The notes under the pieces are model-generated. The model ran no database searches, was not told the origin of the DNA, and worked only from the letters and a program-made list of their open reading frames with translations. The translations under genes and the position numbers were made by a program. Positions 1 to 10,795 of a stretch of DNA of 20,000 nt are shown here, in pieces. Numbering within the stretch: position 1 is the first letter of the stretch; each line of letters begins with the position of its first letter. This DNA is from Saprolegnia diclina VS20 (taxonomy: Eukaryota). Location: positions 134,449 through 154,448 of the forward strand of contig NW_008246144.1 in NCBI RefSeq assembly GCF_000281045.1, given 5' to 3'.

Positions 1-1
1 C

Positions 2-841
2 CGGTACATTGCGGGCGTCTTCATCGGCGTTGCTGGCGTCCTGGCGCTGTATGCGTCAGTGGTGTGCCGCGGGTGCTTTGAGGGTATGAACCTCTTTGCA
101 CTCAACCGGATCGTCGGCGACGTTTACATTGGCCGCACGCTCCTCATTGTCCGCGGCATCACGGCCGTTTGGCTCCTCAACACGCAGCCGCTCGTGCTCG
201 CGGCCGTCGGCGTTGGCGCCCGCTTGACCGCGCCGCGCATCTCGCTGTTCACGACATTGCTTGCGTCGTCCGAGCTCACGTGGCTAGTCTACATTGTCAA
301 CGACCTCTTCAGCTGCGTCACGCGGCAGCACACCACCCACTACTCGTGGAAGAGCTCGATCTCGGTGTGGGCGCTTGCGACCCTCTGGACGCTGCTCTCG
401 CCGCAAGGCTACAGCGCATCGCTCGCGCGGAGCTGCGCTTATGTGGACATGGACTTGGAGCTACACTGCGTGAGCGGCTACATCCGCATCGGCGACGCCG
501 GGCGACTGTTTGGCGACGTGGGTCTCGTGCTCGCATGCGTCTTGAGCTGCGCGCTTGTCGAGCGATGGATGCAGCCGTCGCTCGTGCGGCCGCCTATCCC
601 GACGCTGCTCCTGAGCGCGTCGAGCTTTTACATGCTGGAACTTGACCTCTGGACCATCGACGGCAAGACGTACTTGGATCGCATGTCGGCGGCGATGGCC
701 GGGATGCTCACGCTGCAATGGCGCGAAGACTACGTCTATGTGTTTGATGTCAAGAGCTGGCGCCTCTTCTCGTACGAGCCCGAGCGGCATCGGTTGGGCG
801 ACCGGTTCCGTCAAGCGATCCCGCTGCACCGTCTCGGGTAG
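2..841 (+). CDS. Multi-pass transmembrane protein of unknown function, 5'-truncated by the window edge
   Basis: The frame is open from position 2 (RYIAGVFIGVAGVLALYASVVCRG...) to TAG at 839-841, with GC3-rich codons and several hydrophobic segments. The motifs NRIVGDVYIGRTLLIVRGITA and YVFDVKSWR resemble an expanded oomycete transmembrane family (recognised from memory, not searched). Confidence 0.8.
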   Translation, partial: RYIAGVFIGVAGVLALYASVVCRGCFEGMNLFALNRIVGDVYIGRTLLIVRGITAVWLLNTQPLVLAAVGVGARLTAPRISLFTTLLASSELTWLVYIVNDLFSCVTRQHTTHYSWKSSISVWALATLWTLLSPQGYSASLARSCAYVDMDLELHCVSGYIRIGDAGRLFGDVGLVLACVLSCALVERWMQPSLVRPPIPTLLLSASSFYMLELDLWTIDGKTYLDRMSAAMAGMLTLQWREDYVYVFDVKSWRLFSYEPERHRLGDRFRQAIPLHRLG

Positions 842-1695
842 CTCTCTCGTGGATGCGAAGATGTTCCAACTCCAATAGCACCAAGTAATAGATTTGCCTC
901 GTTTGGACAGCGTTTGGTCGTCGGTCCAAAAAGGAAGGACTATGGAGTGCAAAGGCGGGGTCGAGGGGTGTAGCCAGTGGGTGTAGCTCGCTGTGGACGG
1001 GCCACATAGGATGGGTATACATGGGTGCACGTCGTTCGGCAAAGAGATGAACGACGTTGTTGTTCGCTGCAGACAAGATTGTGCGCTATGCGCGTCGAAC
1101 CGAACCGAAGGTTTTGCATGATGACGGACTGCGACAGCGCTGCCGACTGACCGGCTGTTGTCAACGCCAGGACAAGGCACGCGCCGTATGCGTGATAGAG
1201 ATGAATGACGCGATCGACGATCACGGACCAATGCAAGTCGCGTGCTCGTCATCGTTGGCATTCGAAGCAGCGGCTGGCGCCAAATCTCATGCGGCAGCTG
1301 CATTCTCCAAGTGCTCGCGATTCGGCTCCTCGAGCGCCACAAGTTCTCTCTTGTTTAGCTCTTTTCGGTCGTCGACAGCCAAAATTCATGACTCGTGGTA
1401 CTCTAGCGATCACAGTTCGTACATAGGTTTGGTTGAATGGAGGCCGCTGGGCGTGCCACGTGTGGCTCAGAAAGGACGCGTCCGGATAATGTTTTCAAAG
1501 CCGGATATCGACACTTCTCCCTTGGGTCAGCTCCTTGGGTCGCTTTTGTGTGCACGTAAAATGTGTTCGGGTTCGAAATGGCTGCTCGTTCTCTGCATCA
1601 TCTTTGTGATGATTTCAAAATGGCCTGTCGATCTTGGCGGCAGCCATACCAAGCCAACAAAAACTGTGTGAAAGGACTATAGTATGGTAAATAAC

Positions 1696-3417
1696 TTAGA
1701 CGACGTAGCTCGTCTCGGAATCGGAGCTCACGAGGAAGAAGGGCTCTTCGTAGCGGGTGCGCGGGACCTCGGGGGGTGCGATGCCTCCGACCGGCGTCGG
1801 TGTCGACCGCGCGATCGACGCGACGCTCTGCCGCACATTTTTCGACTTCTTGTACGGCCGCTGGATGATGATCTTGCCACAAATCGAGTACTGGTACCCG
1901 TGGTAGAACCGGTCCATATTGTCGGTGCGCACGAGCGCCATAAAGACAAACCCCGCGAGCGAGAGGATCCACATGAGCCGGACTTGATCGACAAAGTCGC
2001 GCTTGAGACCCGAGAACACGAGGCCGACGATGACCATGCCGAGGGACCAGCTCATGAGAATGAGGCCGTACATCGTACCCATGTTGTAGACGCCATAGAG
2101 ATCCGTGAGGAAGCAGCCAATGACCGCAAACCCGCCGCCCGAGCAGACCTTGACAATGAAAATGAGCGTTTTCAGCTGGCCAAAGTCGTCGAGCTCACTG
2201 TGCAGGAGCGGCAGCGCGATCGCCGGTACGAGCAGCAGCAGTAGCATCATGAGCTTCCGCGCGTACGCCGGGTTCAAGTACAGCGCACGCAATAGAACGT
2301 CCGAGAGGATCGGGCAAAAGAAGCGGCCGGCGAGACCAACCGCGTCCGCATGCAGAATGAACGCGTTGGCTTCGTCGAGCGAAACGTTGTACCACGATGT
2401 CAAGAGACCGTCGAGGCTCGGCGTCGCAATCTCCACGTACAGCAGCGCCATGGTCGTGTTGGCAGCAAACGCCAGCACGAGGCACACAAAGTCGGTCGAG
2501 AAGATGCACTGCACGAGCGTGAGACCCCGCACGTGCTCGTAGTAGGCGCGCTCGGTACCCGGCGCGGCGGCGTCGGCGCGCGGCTTGGTCACCGCCGTGT
2601 AGTTGACAAGCGTCATGCCAAAGTCGAGGTAGTCGCCTTGGATGCGCTCGGCGCTGAGCACCGCGTCGGACGGGATCCCGTGCATGTCGTGGCCGTTGAC
2701 GCGGAAGGTCGCCGGTGGTGTCCGCATCGCAAGCACGCAGTAGCCGAGGAGCGGCGATAGGACCACCAGCGTCAGCAAAAACACATTCTTAGAGGCCACG
2801 CTGTCGTCCATGTGGTCGTCGGCGTATGCAGAGAGCTCGTTCCACGCGATTTGGCCGGCACCAAAGCCCGCCATGGACGCGCCCATGGCGAACCCGCGCG
2901 CATCTGGGTACCACTTTTGCACCGTCGAGATCGAGCTCACCATGAGGTAGCCGAAAGCGAGGCCGAGCGAGACGCTCCCGAGCACGAGCGGCGACCATGT
3001 CAGCGTCCAAAGGGCAAGTTGGACCAAGAGGAGGCCAAGGGCAACAAAGCCGGCGCCGAGGAGTGTGCTCCAGCGCGGGCCGTTGCGCTCGGAAGCTGGG
3101 CCGACGAACGCGGTCGTGAGCGCGACGCAGATGCCCGAGAGGATGCCAAGCGCCATGTTGCGGCCTTGGTCGTGGCCGCCAAAGGCATCGAAATCGAATG
3201 GCTTGGAGACGGTGCTGAGCGCAAAGAGCACGCCGCAGACAAACTGCGACGCGATCGCGGCGAGCAAGATAAAGTACCGGAAGAACGGTCGGCACTGGCA
3301 CGACCCGTACCTCTCGCCCGGCAAAGGGCACACCAGCAGCCAGCGCTCGGCGTCGACTTCGGACGGCGCCTTGGGCGGGACCACGATGCGCCAGTAGTCA
3401 CGGAACCAGCCGAACAT
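1696..3417 (-). CDS. MFS transporter, oxalate:formate antiporter (OFA)-like, paralog 1 (573 aa, intronless)
   Basis: Part of ORF 1696..3714. The start is placed at ATG 3417 (MFGWFRDYWRIVVPPK) because it aligns with the start of the 8245 paralog and has an Inr motif ~30 nt upstream. About 12 TM segments; KWYPDARGFAMG..GFGAG and LTDLYGVYNMGTMYG match OFA/MCT-type MFS motifs. Confidence 0.88.
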   Translation of the reverse strand: MFGWFRDYWRIVVPPKAPSEVDAERWLLVCPLPGERYGSCQCRPFFRYFILLAAIASQFVCGVLFALSTVSKPFDFDAFGGHDQGRNMALGILSGICVALTTAFVGPASERNGPRWSTLLGAGFVALGLLLVQLALWTLTWSPLVLGSVSLGLAFGYLMVSSISTVQKWYPDARGFAMGASMAGFGAGQIAWNELSAYADDHMDDSVASKNVFLLTLVVLSPLLGYCVLAMRTPPATFRVNGHDMHGIPSDAVLSAERIQGDYLDFGMTLVNYTAVTKPRADAAAPGTERAYYEHVRGLTLVQCIFSTDFVCLVLAFAANTTMALLYVEIATPSLDGLLTSWYNVSLDEANAFILHADAVGLAGRFFCPILSDVLLRALYLNPAYARKLMMLLLLLVPAIALPLLHSELDDFGQLKTLIFIVKVCSGGGFAVIGCFLTDLYGVYNMGTMYGLILMSWSLGMVIVGLVFSGLKRDFVDQVRLMWILSLAGFVFMALVRTDNMDRFYHGYQYSICGKIIIQRPYKKSKNVRQSVASIARSTPTPVGGIAPPEVPRTRYEEPFFLVSSDSETSYVV

Positions 3418-3441
3418 ATTTGTTTTTTGGCGGCAAGTCCG

Positions 3442-3450
3442 AAAATGAGC
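3442..3450 (-). promoter_or_regulatory. Oomycete initiator (Inr)-like core promoter element
   Basis: GCTCATTTT on the minus strand, 25-33 nt upstream of ATG 3417; matches the oomycete GCTCATTYY Inr consensus. Confidence 0.5.
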
Positions 3451-5047
3451 CTCTCGACTCTCAAATGGATGCGTCGCCAAATACATCTGTTGACGCGCTG
3501 TCGCAGTCGCGCTGGCTTTGTCCCAACGTGTCGATCGACCCAGCAGCATCACGGTACGACGCCAAGTGCCTCGGCGCATCAGAAGAATCGGACGAAGAAG
3601 CCATTTGTCAGCGCAACGAACAGCGTCGTCGGGTGCCTGGTCGGGGCTGCGACTCGGAAGGTTATCCAGTGGATGACGCAGAAACCAAGCAGCGCCTTCG
3701 ACCCGTAAACGCATCGCACGGGCAGGCCAATCCCACTTTTGAGAGCTGCAAGACGACCTTCACGTGGTGTAATTTGATGTGTATACGCGCGTGATTGCGC
3801 TTGTAGCAAGCCCTCGTCGTGCGGTAAACGAGGTTGAGCGATTGCGACGTTGCCCTTGCCGCCAGTATCCGGAAAGGACATGTCGCAGCCAATACGTGGC
3901 AAATCGGGACGCAGGACTGATGCACAACTTGTCGAGTAGAGTCAACACCGAGAGTGACCGATGCGATAGACCTACTAGTATGTAAACGACCGTGCGATCG
4001 ATCGAGATGCAAGCGCAAGGCGTGGTGCAAAGCCTCCTTGTATGGCCATTCGCCTCACGAAAGCACCTTGGTACGTCAAAGTCGACATCGTCGTTGCGTC
4101 ATCGTTGAGAACGCGGTAATGACATCACCCGAATGACCTGGCAGAAGCACTCGTATTAGTAGTTCTACCCACAAGCAATCGGTTGCGCTGTCGCAGTCTA
4201 AGCGGCCTCCGTTCGTCTCGACGGTTCGCTGTTGCGGCATCGCGCCGCGGCAGAACGCTTGGTGTAGTACCAAGAGCATATGAAGCGTTAACACTGATTT
4301 GTCCGAGGGTCTTGCCCATCAATGCAACCACCGTGCACTCCCAATATGTGGCACTCGCAGCGATGCCCTTATAGCGAGCGCGGCTAAGGGGATGCTTTGG
4401 TGGGGACAGGGCGGGTGCCAGGGCCGCCTCATCAGGGTGCAGGTTTGGCCAACACCAAATCGAAAGTTGAGATGTCGACGCTATGAACTATGGCGGCAAG
4501 AAGCACGTAGCCCGCGCCGCTGTATCTCTCGCGTAAACGTCACGTAAGGTGCGCTCGAGCTGTGCAACTGTGGTCGCTCAGATTCGTACGCAAGCGATAA
4601 CTGCACGCCGTGTAGTCATGCACTGTGGTGCATACGATGGTATGACGTTGCAACTCCCCTTTTCCTAATCAGCCAACGGAGCTGCGCATGGTTCGCAGGG
4701 CCTGCGCTTGCTCTGCATGATGACGCGCTCTCACATCTCACAGGTTACCCTCAGGTGCCTCTCGTACTGGACGCGTTATTGGGAGGTCACCAACGTAAAA
4801 TGCTGTCCCAAGCCGTACGAGGGGTTGCTCCCGGCATTTGCGACCGTCTCGTTCCTCTTACATAGGCAGAGCTGACGCCAGCGCTTCGACAATTGCGTCG
4901 GCGATAGCCGCAGCACCTTCTCCGGTGTCGTCGTTGTTGCTGCTCGTATCGCTCATTCCACCTGCGGCATACGCTCAACTAGACGCGGATGCAGCCATCG
5001 CGCAGGAAGAAACAGTGTTGTCGGTTAACAAAAAGAGCAAACTCGAG

Positions 5048-6579
5048 TTATGCAGCATGGCTTGGCGACTAGACAAAGCTCATCAAACCAAGTCACCGCC
5101 ATTGCAGGTCCTACCGAGAGATCCAGCGACGGTTCCCGGGACAAGACGCGCGTCAAAAAGCTCGGCTACACCCGCATTGGCTCATTTTCTTGCAGAGACG
5201 AAGGTCTTGTGTCTACCTTGGCTTGCTTGGCGGCTTCGACGAGCGCGCGGACAATGTCTTCGTGGCCCAGCTTGGCCGCGAGCGATACGAGCGACTCGCC
5301 GTGCTATGATCGATACGCATGAGCCCTCGTTCAACGTCAACGAGTGAGGACGTACAAAGGCCGTGTCCGTTTTGGCGTTGGCGCGAAGGAGGATCTTGGC
5401 CATGTTCAAGCTGCCGAGCTGGATCGCACGCAGGAGCGGCGCCGGTGACCCCTAACCCTTCATCTAGCGTTTTCATCTTCTGGCGCAGACGACGCACCTT
5501 GTTGACGTCTGCTTTGGCAATGATGAGGGCAAGCACCATATCGACGTGGTTGTTGGCGACCGCAAGGCAGAGCGGGCTAAAGCCGGCAACGTCGTCGTCG
5601 TGGAGGCTCCAGAGACCACGCTTGCATGTATCCGGGCGCTACATTGCTTTCAGCACATTTTTTTCAGCCTATTTCAAAAGATGACCTTGCTGCAGTAGTT
5701 GATGTCGGCGCCCGCGGCCAGGAGCAGCTTGACCAGCGTCTTGTGCCCGGCGTGCGCTGCGATCAGCAGCGGCGAGAGGCCAAATTGGTGCTCGGTCACG
5801 TTGACGTTGGCGCCAGCGGCGACAAGGAGACGGGCAATCTCAACGTAGCCGAGGACCGAGGCGGCGTACAGAGGCGAGACACCCCGCTAGCGCTGCCATG
5901 AGCTTTGAGAAGTATGTACACCGCCGTACCTCGCTGCACTGGTTGACATCCGCCTTGGCCGCCAAGAGCGAGTCGACGAGCTCCAAGTCGCCGTGGCACG
6001 CGGCCATCAGCAGCGCCGTCATTTGGCCCTACCGCCGAGACACGAGCTTGCAAGGGCGAAGCTACGTTCGATGCATACCTTGTGGGTCGCGTTCGGGTCG
6101 GCGCCAGCCTCGAGCAGCGCCCGCATGGTCTCCTTGTAGCGTTTCTTGGCTGCAAGGTAGAGCGGCGCGATGTCCTATGACCATATTTACTGCATATGAT
6201 GTATGGCGATGACGCGGCTGTACCCAGGATGCCTGGTTGACGTCGGCGCCGAGGCCCACGAGCATCTTGACCATCTTGACGTTGCCGTTGTTGACAGCGT
6301 GGAAGAGGGCCGAGAAGCCCTAGAACAAGCGCATGAGCGCGGCCAACATACAGGGCAACGTACGTATTGGGTGGCATTCGGGTCCGCGCCGGCCGCCAAG
6401 AGGGCCTTGACGCGCGTCAGATCGCCGGCGCCCGCGGCCTGCGCCAACTGCCCACTGCCCTACGCGTGGCATGAGCCTATGCCGAACGAGCGACGAGGTC
6501 GTACCGCTCGCTCGTATGCGATCAGCGCCAAGCCGACGACGCTGACGCCGACTACTGCCGTCTTCAGAAGCACGCCCAT
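5048..6579 (-). CDS. Ankyrin-repeat protein (~9 repeats) with N-terminal hydrophobic anchor/signal; 11 exons, ~352 aa
   Basis: Manually spliced exons: 6579-6505, 6459-6364, 6319-6224, 6174-6079, 6028-5930, 5886-5686, 5638-5498, 5451-5356, 5303-5217, 5165-5115, 5068-5048. All introns are GT..TAG, 43-52 nt, and give one continuous frame with ANK repeats (e.g. GFSALFHAVNNGNVKMVKMLVGLGADVN, GLSPLLIAAHAGHKTLVKLLLAAGADIN). The last two exons are less certain; an alternative stop is TAG at 5166-5168. Confidence 0.85.
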
Positions 6580-8221
6580 CCTCGTCGTTCGCTATACCGC
6601 TCGTATGCCACTCCGCGTTCAGTGGCCGGCGCTCAAGCCGGGATTGGAGGGGGCCCCAATATATCATGGCTTTTCTTATACTTGGTGTTTGTAAGAGGGT
6701 GGGGGGCCCTTGAAATCAGAATGTGTGTGATTGTGGCAAGTTGATGCGCTTCAAGTGCAAGCGCCGCACGCAATGCGTTCGCATCGACTACTGACGGCCG
6801 CGCCGTCATTCCTTTAGATGCAGAGTTAGTACACTGCTAGTATAGTGTCTATAGCCCCGGCGGCTAGAGTGGAGCAAACGTCCGCTTGCGTGGCACGACC
6901 CGACGCGGAAGGAGTTCGTCTCAACTTGGCAAAACAAAATCATGGACCTGCAAAGTGATCCTCATTCGTAGAGTTAGCGTAAAGTTATTGTGCATCATGG
7001 GATATTGCTGTGGCACGAATAAGCTGTTACCTTCTAGGCTTGGCGCGCGTCAAATCACCGAGCTTTCGGTGTAGTTTGAGGAGGAATTCCCACCGATACC
7101 GAGAGGACTATCGCTCGAGATGGACCGTAATTGCCCACCAGTCTTGTAAGCTGTCAACAAAGAGCATGCGGAAGAGGCTGCGAGAAGTGTGCGGTTACTA
7201 GATCATAGCAGGTACTACAACGAGCAACGTCAAGGCGAATGAGACAATCGAGCCTTCGACTCCAGCGATGTTCACAAACCTCCTTCAAACACAAAAACAA
7301 ACGCTCGACTTGACTTGCGTGGCACTCCATCTGGTTTCGCAATGAGTCTGAGGTGTCATCTGGACAATAATCTGATTTCTGATCCCGGCAAGTCGTCTGG
7401 ATTCCCACTGCTGGATTCCCACACCAGCGCATTCCCTGCAATGGCACTTGGTATCTGATGACTACGACGACCTATGAAAAATAGTTAGTAGTCATCAGCG
7501 ACAAAAATGCGCATGCCAGATGAAGACACATTGACAAGGTGGCGACTTGACGCGCGGACCTGCTACTTACGACGACGACGGGTGCATGCACCGCGCTCGC
7601 GGAATCGACAATCCCGCTTCCTCGGCAACGTCTTGGCGAATTCATTGACAGCATCAATGGAAAGGCGCACGAGGTATCACTCTGATTTCGGACGCCCCGA
7701 GTGTGTCCAGGAGGGAACTCAGGATGCTTCCAGCGACGAAGCGAGCGACCATCGAAGTCCCAACAACCCTCGGTATACGTCGACAAGGGAACATGGTGTG
7801 CATTACTGCTGCACAAGATGACTTGTGTGCACTTCCAGGTGTGACGCGGATAGTCTGTCCTCGCTTCCCCATTGGCCTCAATCGACATACTAGTACAATC
7901 GTGTCATGTAAACGCACCCCGATGCGCGATCGAGTCGCAGATCCGTAGCTCCTCACTGTATAACGTGGCAACAGAAACTGGTGGCCCTCCAAGTGGACTC
8001 GTCCCAGTAAGCACCGCCGGATCGAAACGACGTCGTTACATCGCACGACAAGTTGTCGCAGCCATCAATTCGCACAAATGAGTACATGTATGTCGCGCAC
8101 GCCGCTCGGTCGCGACGTTTCGCGGCACACATGACACAATTGACAACCGTTTTGGGAATTACGAAACCGGTTGGCGCGTCCGAATCTACGACCCTACTCG
8201 ACTAGAAGCGATCACACCATA

Positions 8222-8234
8222 CCATTTGTCATTT
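8222..8234 (+). promoter_or_regulatory. Inr+FPR-like core promoter element
   Basis: CCATTTGTCATTT ends ~10 nt before ATG 8245 and is a near match to the oomycete YCATTYYNCAWTT consensus. Confidence 0.45.
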
Positions 8235-8244
8235 ACCGATCCCC

Positions 8245-9990
8245 ATGTCTCGTTGGTTCCGTGACTACTGGCGCATCGTGGTACCGCCCAAGTCGCCCGA
8301 CGAGATCGACGCCGAGCGCTGGCTGCTTGTGTGCCCCTTGCCCGGCGCCCGGTACGGGTCGTGCCAGTGCCGACCGTTCTTCCGGTATTACATTCTGGTT
8401 GCCGCCGTGCTAGTGCAGTTTGTCTGTGGCGTCCTCTTCGCCATGACCATCGTTTCCAAACCGTTTGACTTGAACGTGTTTGGCGCGACCACCAACAACC
8501 GCAACGCGCGGCTCACGATCGAGAGCGGTGTCGCCATTGCACTCGCGATGGCCTTTGTGGGCCCGGTCAACGAGCGCCGTGGGCCGCGCTGGAGCATGCT
8601 CGTCGGCAGCAGCCTCGCGGTCGCGGGTCTCTGCGCGATCCAGATTGCACTCTGGGCGCGGATCTGGGCGCCGCTGGTCGTCGGCTGCATTGGCTGCGGC
8701 CTCGGCTTTGGCTTCCTCATGATCTGCTCGGTTTCGACCGTGCAAAAGTGGTACCCCGATCTGCGCGGCTCGGCCCTCGGTGTGAGCATGCTCGGGTTTG
8801 GCGCCGGGCAAATTGCGTGGAACGCGACCTTCGACAGCGTCCGCGACCACCTCGCCGACGAGATGGCGCTCAACACGACGTTCCTCTTTGTGATTTTACT
8901 CCTCGCGCCGCTCCTCGCCTTCGGGATAGTTGCGATGCGGACACCACCAGCGACCTTCCGCGTCCAAGGCCACAACATGCACGGCATCCCGACCGAGGCC
9001 GTCTTGAGTCCGACGACGCTTCAAGACGACTTTTACAACATTGGCATGACACTGGTCAACTACTCGGCGGTAACGCAGCCGCGTCAGGACGGGGCGGTCG
9101 CGGGCACGGACCGAGCGTACCACGAACACGTCAAGGGCTTGACGCTGCTCCAGTGCATCTTTTCGACGGACTTTTTCTGTCTCGTGGTCGCGTCGGCCGC
9201 GCTTGCGTGTACCGGGCTTCTCTACGCCGAGATTTCCGACCCGACCGACCAAGACCGCATTCCTCGCTGGTTCAACACGACCAGCAGCGACCACCTCATG
9301 CTGCGCGCTGACATTGCGGGTCTTTTAAGCCGCGTGGTTTGCCCGATGCTTTCGGATGCGATGAGCAAAGGCTTCTACTGGAACCCGGCGTTTGCGCGCA
9401 AAGTGGTGTTTCTCTTGCTGCTCTTGGTGCCCGCCGTGTCGTTGCCGCTGCTCCTTACGAGCCTCGACGACTTTGCTCGGTTCCGAACCATGATTTATAT
9501 CACCAAGACCGTTGCGAGCGGCGGGTTCGCGGTCATTGGCTGCTTCCTCACCGACTTGTACGGCGTCTACAACATGGGCACCATGTACGGCCTCGTGCTC
9601 GCGGGTTGGTCCCTTGGCTCGGTCGTCGTCGCGGCGCGCTTCTCGGGCGACCGCACCGACTACTTTGACCAAGTGCAGCTCATGTGGGTGCTCTGCCTCA
9701 TCGGGTTTTGCCTCATGGTCTTTGTCCGCACGGACAGCATGGACCGGTTCTACCACGGCTACCAGCTCTCAATCTGTGGCAAAACAGTGCTGCAAATCCC
9801 GTTCAAGCGCCGACTGGAAGCGTCGTCGACCATGGACCCGGGCGGCTTGAGCATGACGACGTTGGGACGCTTGAGCAGCAAGCAGCAGATATCAACGTCG
9901 CTGAGCAAAACGATGAGCTTCAAGCACGACGGCGCATTCTTCATTGTGAGCTCCGATTCCGAAACCAGCGTCGGCCATTTCGACGTATAA
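8245..9990 (+). CDS. MFS transporter, OFA-like, paralog 2 (581 aa, intronless)
   Basis: Full ORF, co-linear with the 1696..3417 protein (shared WFRDYWRIVVPPK, CPLPGxRYGSCQCRPFFRY, GGFAVIGCFLTDLYGVYNMGTMYGL, MDRFYHGYQ). Confidence 0.9.
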   Translation: MSRWFRDYWRIVVPPKSPDEIDAERWLLVCPLPGARYGSCQCRPFFRYYILVAAVLVQFVCGVLFAMTIVSKPFDLNVFGATTNNRNARLTIESGVAIALAMAFVGPVNERRGPRWSMLVGSSLAVAGLCAIQIALWARIWAPLVVGCIGCGLGFGFLMICSVSTVQKWYPDLRGSALGVSMLGFGAGQIAWNATFDSVRDHLADEMALNTTFLFVILLLAPLLAFGIVAMRTPPATFRVQGHNMHGIPTEAVLSPTTLQDDFYNIGMTLVNYSAVTQPRQDGAVAGTDRAYHEHVKGLTLLQCIFSTDFFCLVVASAALACTGLLYAEISDPTDQDRIPRWFNTTSSDHLMLRADIAGLLSRVVCPMLSDAMSKGFYWNPAFARKVVFLLLLLVPAVSLPLLLTSLDDFARFRTMIYITKTVASGGFAVIGCFLTDLYGVYNMGTMYGLVLAGWSLGSVVVAARFSGDRTDYFDQVQLMWVLCLIGFCLMVFVRTDSMDRFYHGYQLSICGKTVLQIPFKRRLEASSTMDPGGLSMTTLGRLSSKQQISTSLSKTMSFKHDGAFFIVSSDSETSVGHFDV

Positions 9991-10293
9991 CCCGATAGGC
10001 GTTTAAACTATTATTTAGCAACACGATGTGAGCTCGTTCCCAATCTACTCGTCTCAGATACCGCCCAGTGACACAGTACAGTCGTCAGTGTCACTGCCCA
10101 AACGCGAAAAGGTTTTATGAGGATTCGCCCAAGTTGAAATAATGAAACACTGCATTTGGTTTTAGTTATGCGTGGTTGCAGCAACGTTGGCCGCCTACTG
10201 AGCAAAGGACATGGACGGCGTCGGGGCGAGTTGTAGGGTGTTCTCCAGCAACCACAATTGCTCCATGGATGGGCTTCCTCACGATCGCAATAT

Positions 10294-10795
10294 GCCGAAT
10301 CGCCGGTGCCGGCGTGGCTTGCTGCTTGAGCCGAGGTTTTGCAGGCCGCTGCGCCTCGTCGCTTTGCCACTGGCGGCACTCGACATTGTACCATGCCGCC
10401 AGCATACGGTAAGCTGCAGGACGTCGTCCACGCCGGCGGCAGCGGCGAGCGTCGCCTCTTCACGGCGACGCTGCTCAAGGTAATTGAGCACCACGATATC
10501 GTGACCTTCCTCTCGCCACGCGAGATGGATAATACATGTCTTATGTACTCTCCTCTCTCGACTGGAGATGGAGAGTACATAAGACAAGTATTCTCCATCT
10601 CGCGTGGCGAGAGGAATGCTACGATATCGTGGTGCTCAATTACCTTGAGCAGCGTCGCCGTGAAGAGGCGACGCTCGCCGCTGCCGCCGGCGCGGACGAC
10701 TTCCTGCAGCTTACCGTATGCTGGCGGCATGGTAGAATGTCGAATGCCGCCAGTGGCCAAGCGACCGCCAGTCACGCCGGCACCGGCCAGTCGGC
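10294..10795. repeat. Long fold-back inverted repeat (candidate hairpin RNA)
   Basis: The main stem pairs 10358-10557 with 10565-10765: 10 mismatches plus a 1-nt bulge, a ~7-nt loop, and 72 consecutive perfect bp at 10431-10502. An outer stem pairs 10294-10319 with 10770-10795 beyond an asymmetric bulge. The ORF track shows near-identical peptides on both strands. Confidence 0.97.

Noticed and set aside
1057..1671. 204-aa plus ORF, and minus-strand YPALKTLSGRVLS resembling a hAT dimerisation domain
   Set aside because: No recognisable domain; the following hAT motif (SERxFS) and TIRs are missing, and there are many stops.
3418..3714. 99-aa N-terminal extension of the MFS ORF
   Set aside because: It has no counterpart in the paralog, and an Inr motif at 3442-3450 supports the ATG at 3417.
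4299..5047. Short ORFs downstream of the ankyrin gene
   Set aside because: No domain signature and no coherent exon chain.
6620..6711. CAGTGGCCGG..GGGGCCCC..GGGGCCCC resembling a hAT/Tip100-like terminus
   Set aside because: No matching nearby opposite TIR or TSD was found.
7080..7460. LRR-like peptide HLDNNLISD and a duplicated CTGGATTCCCAC
   Set aside because: A single weak motif among stops; the 12-nt duplication is too short to interpret.
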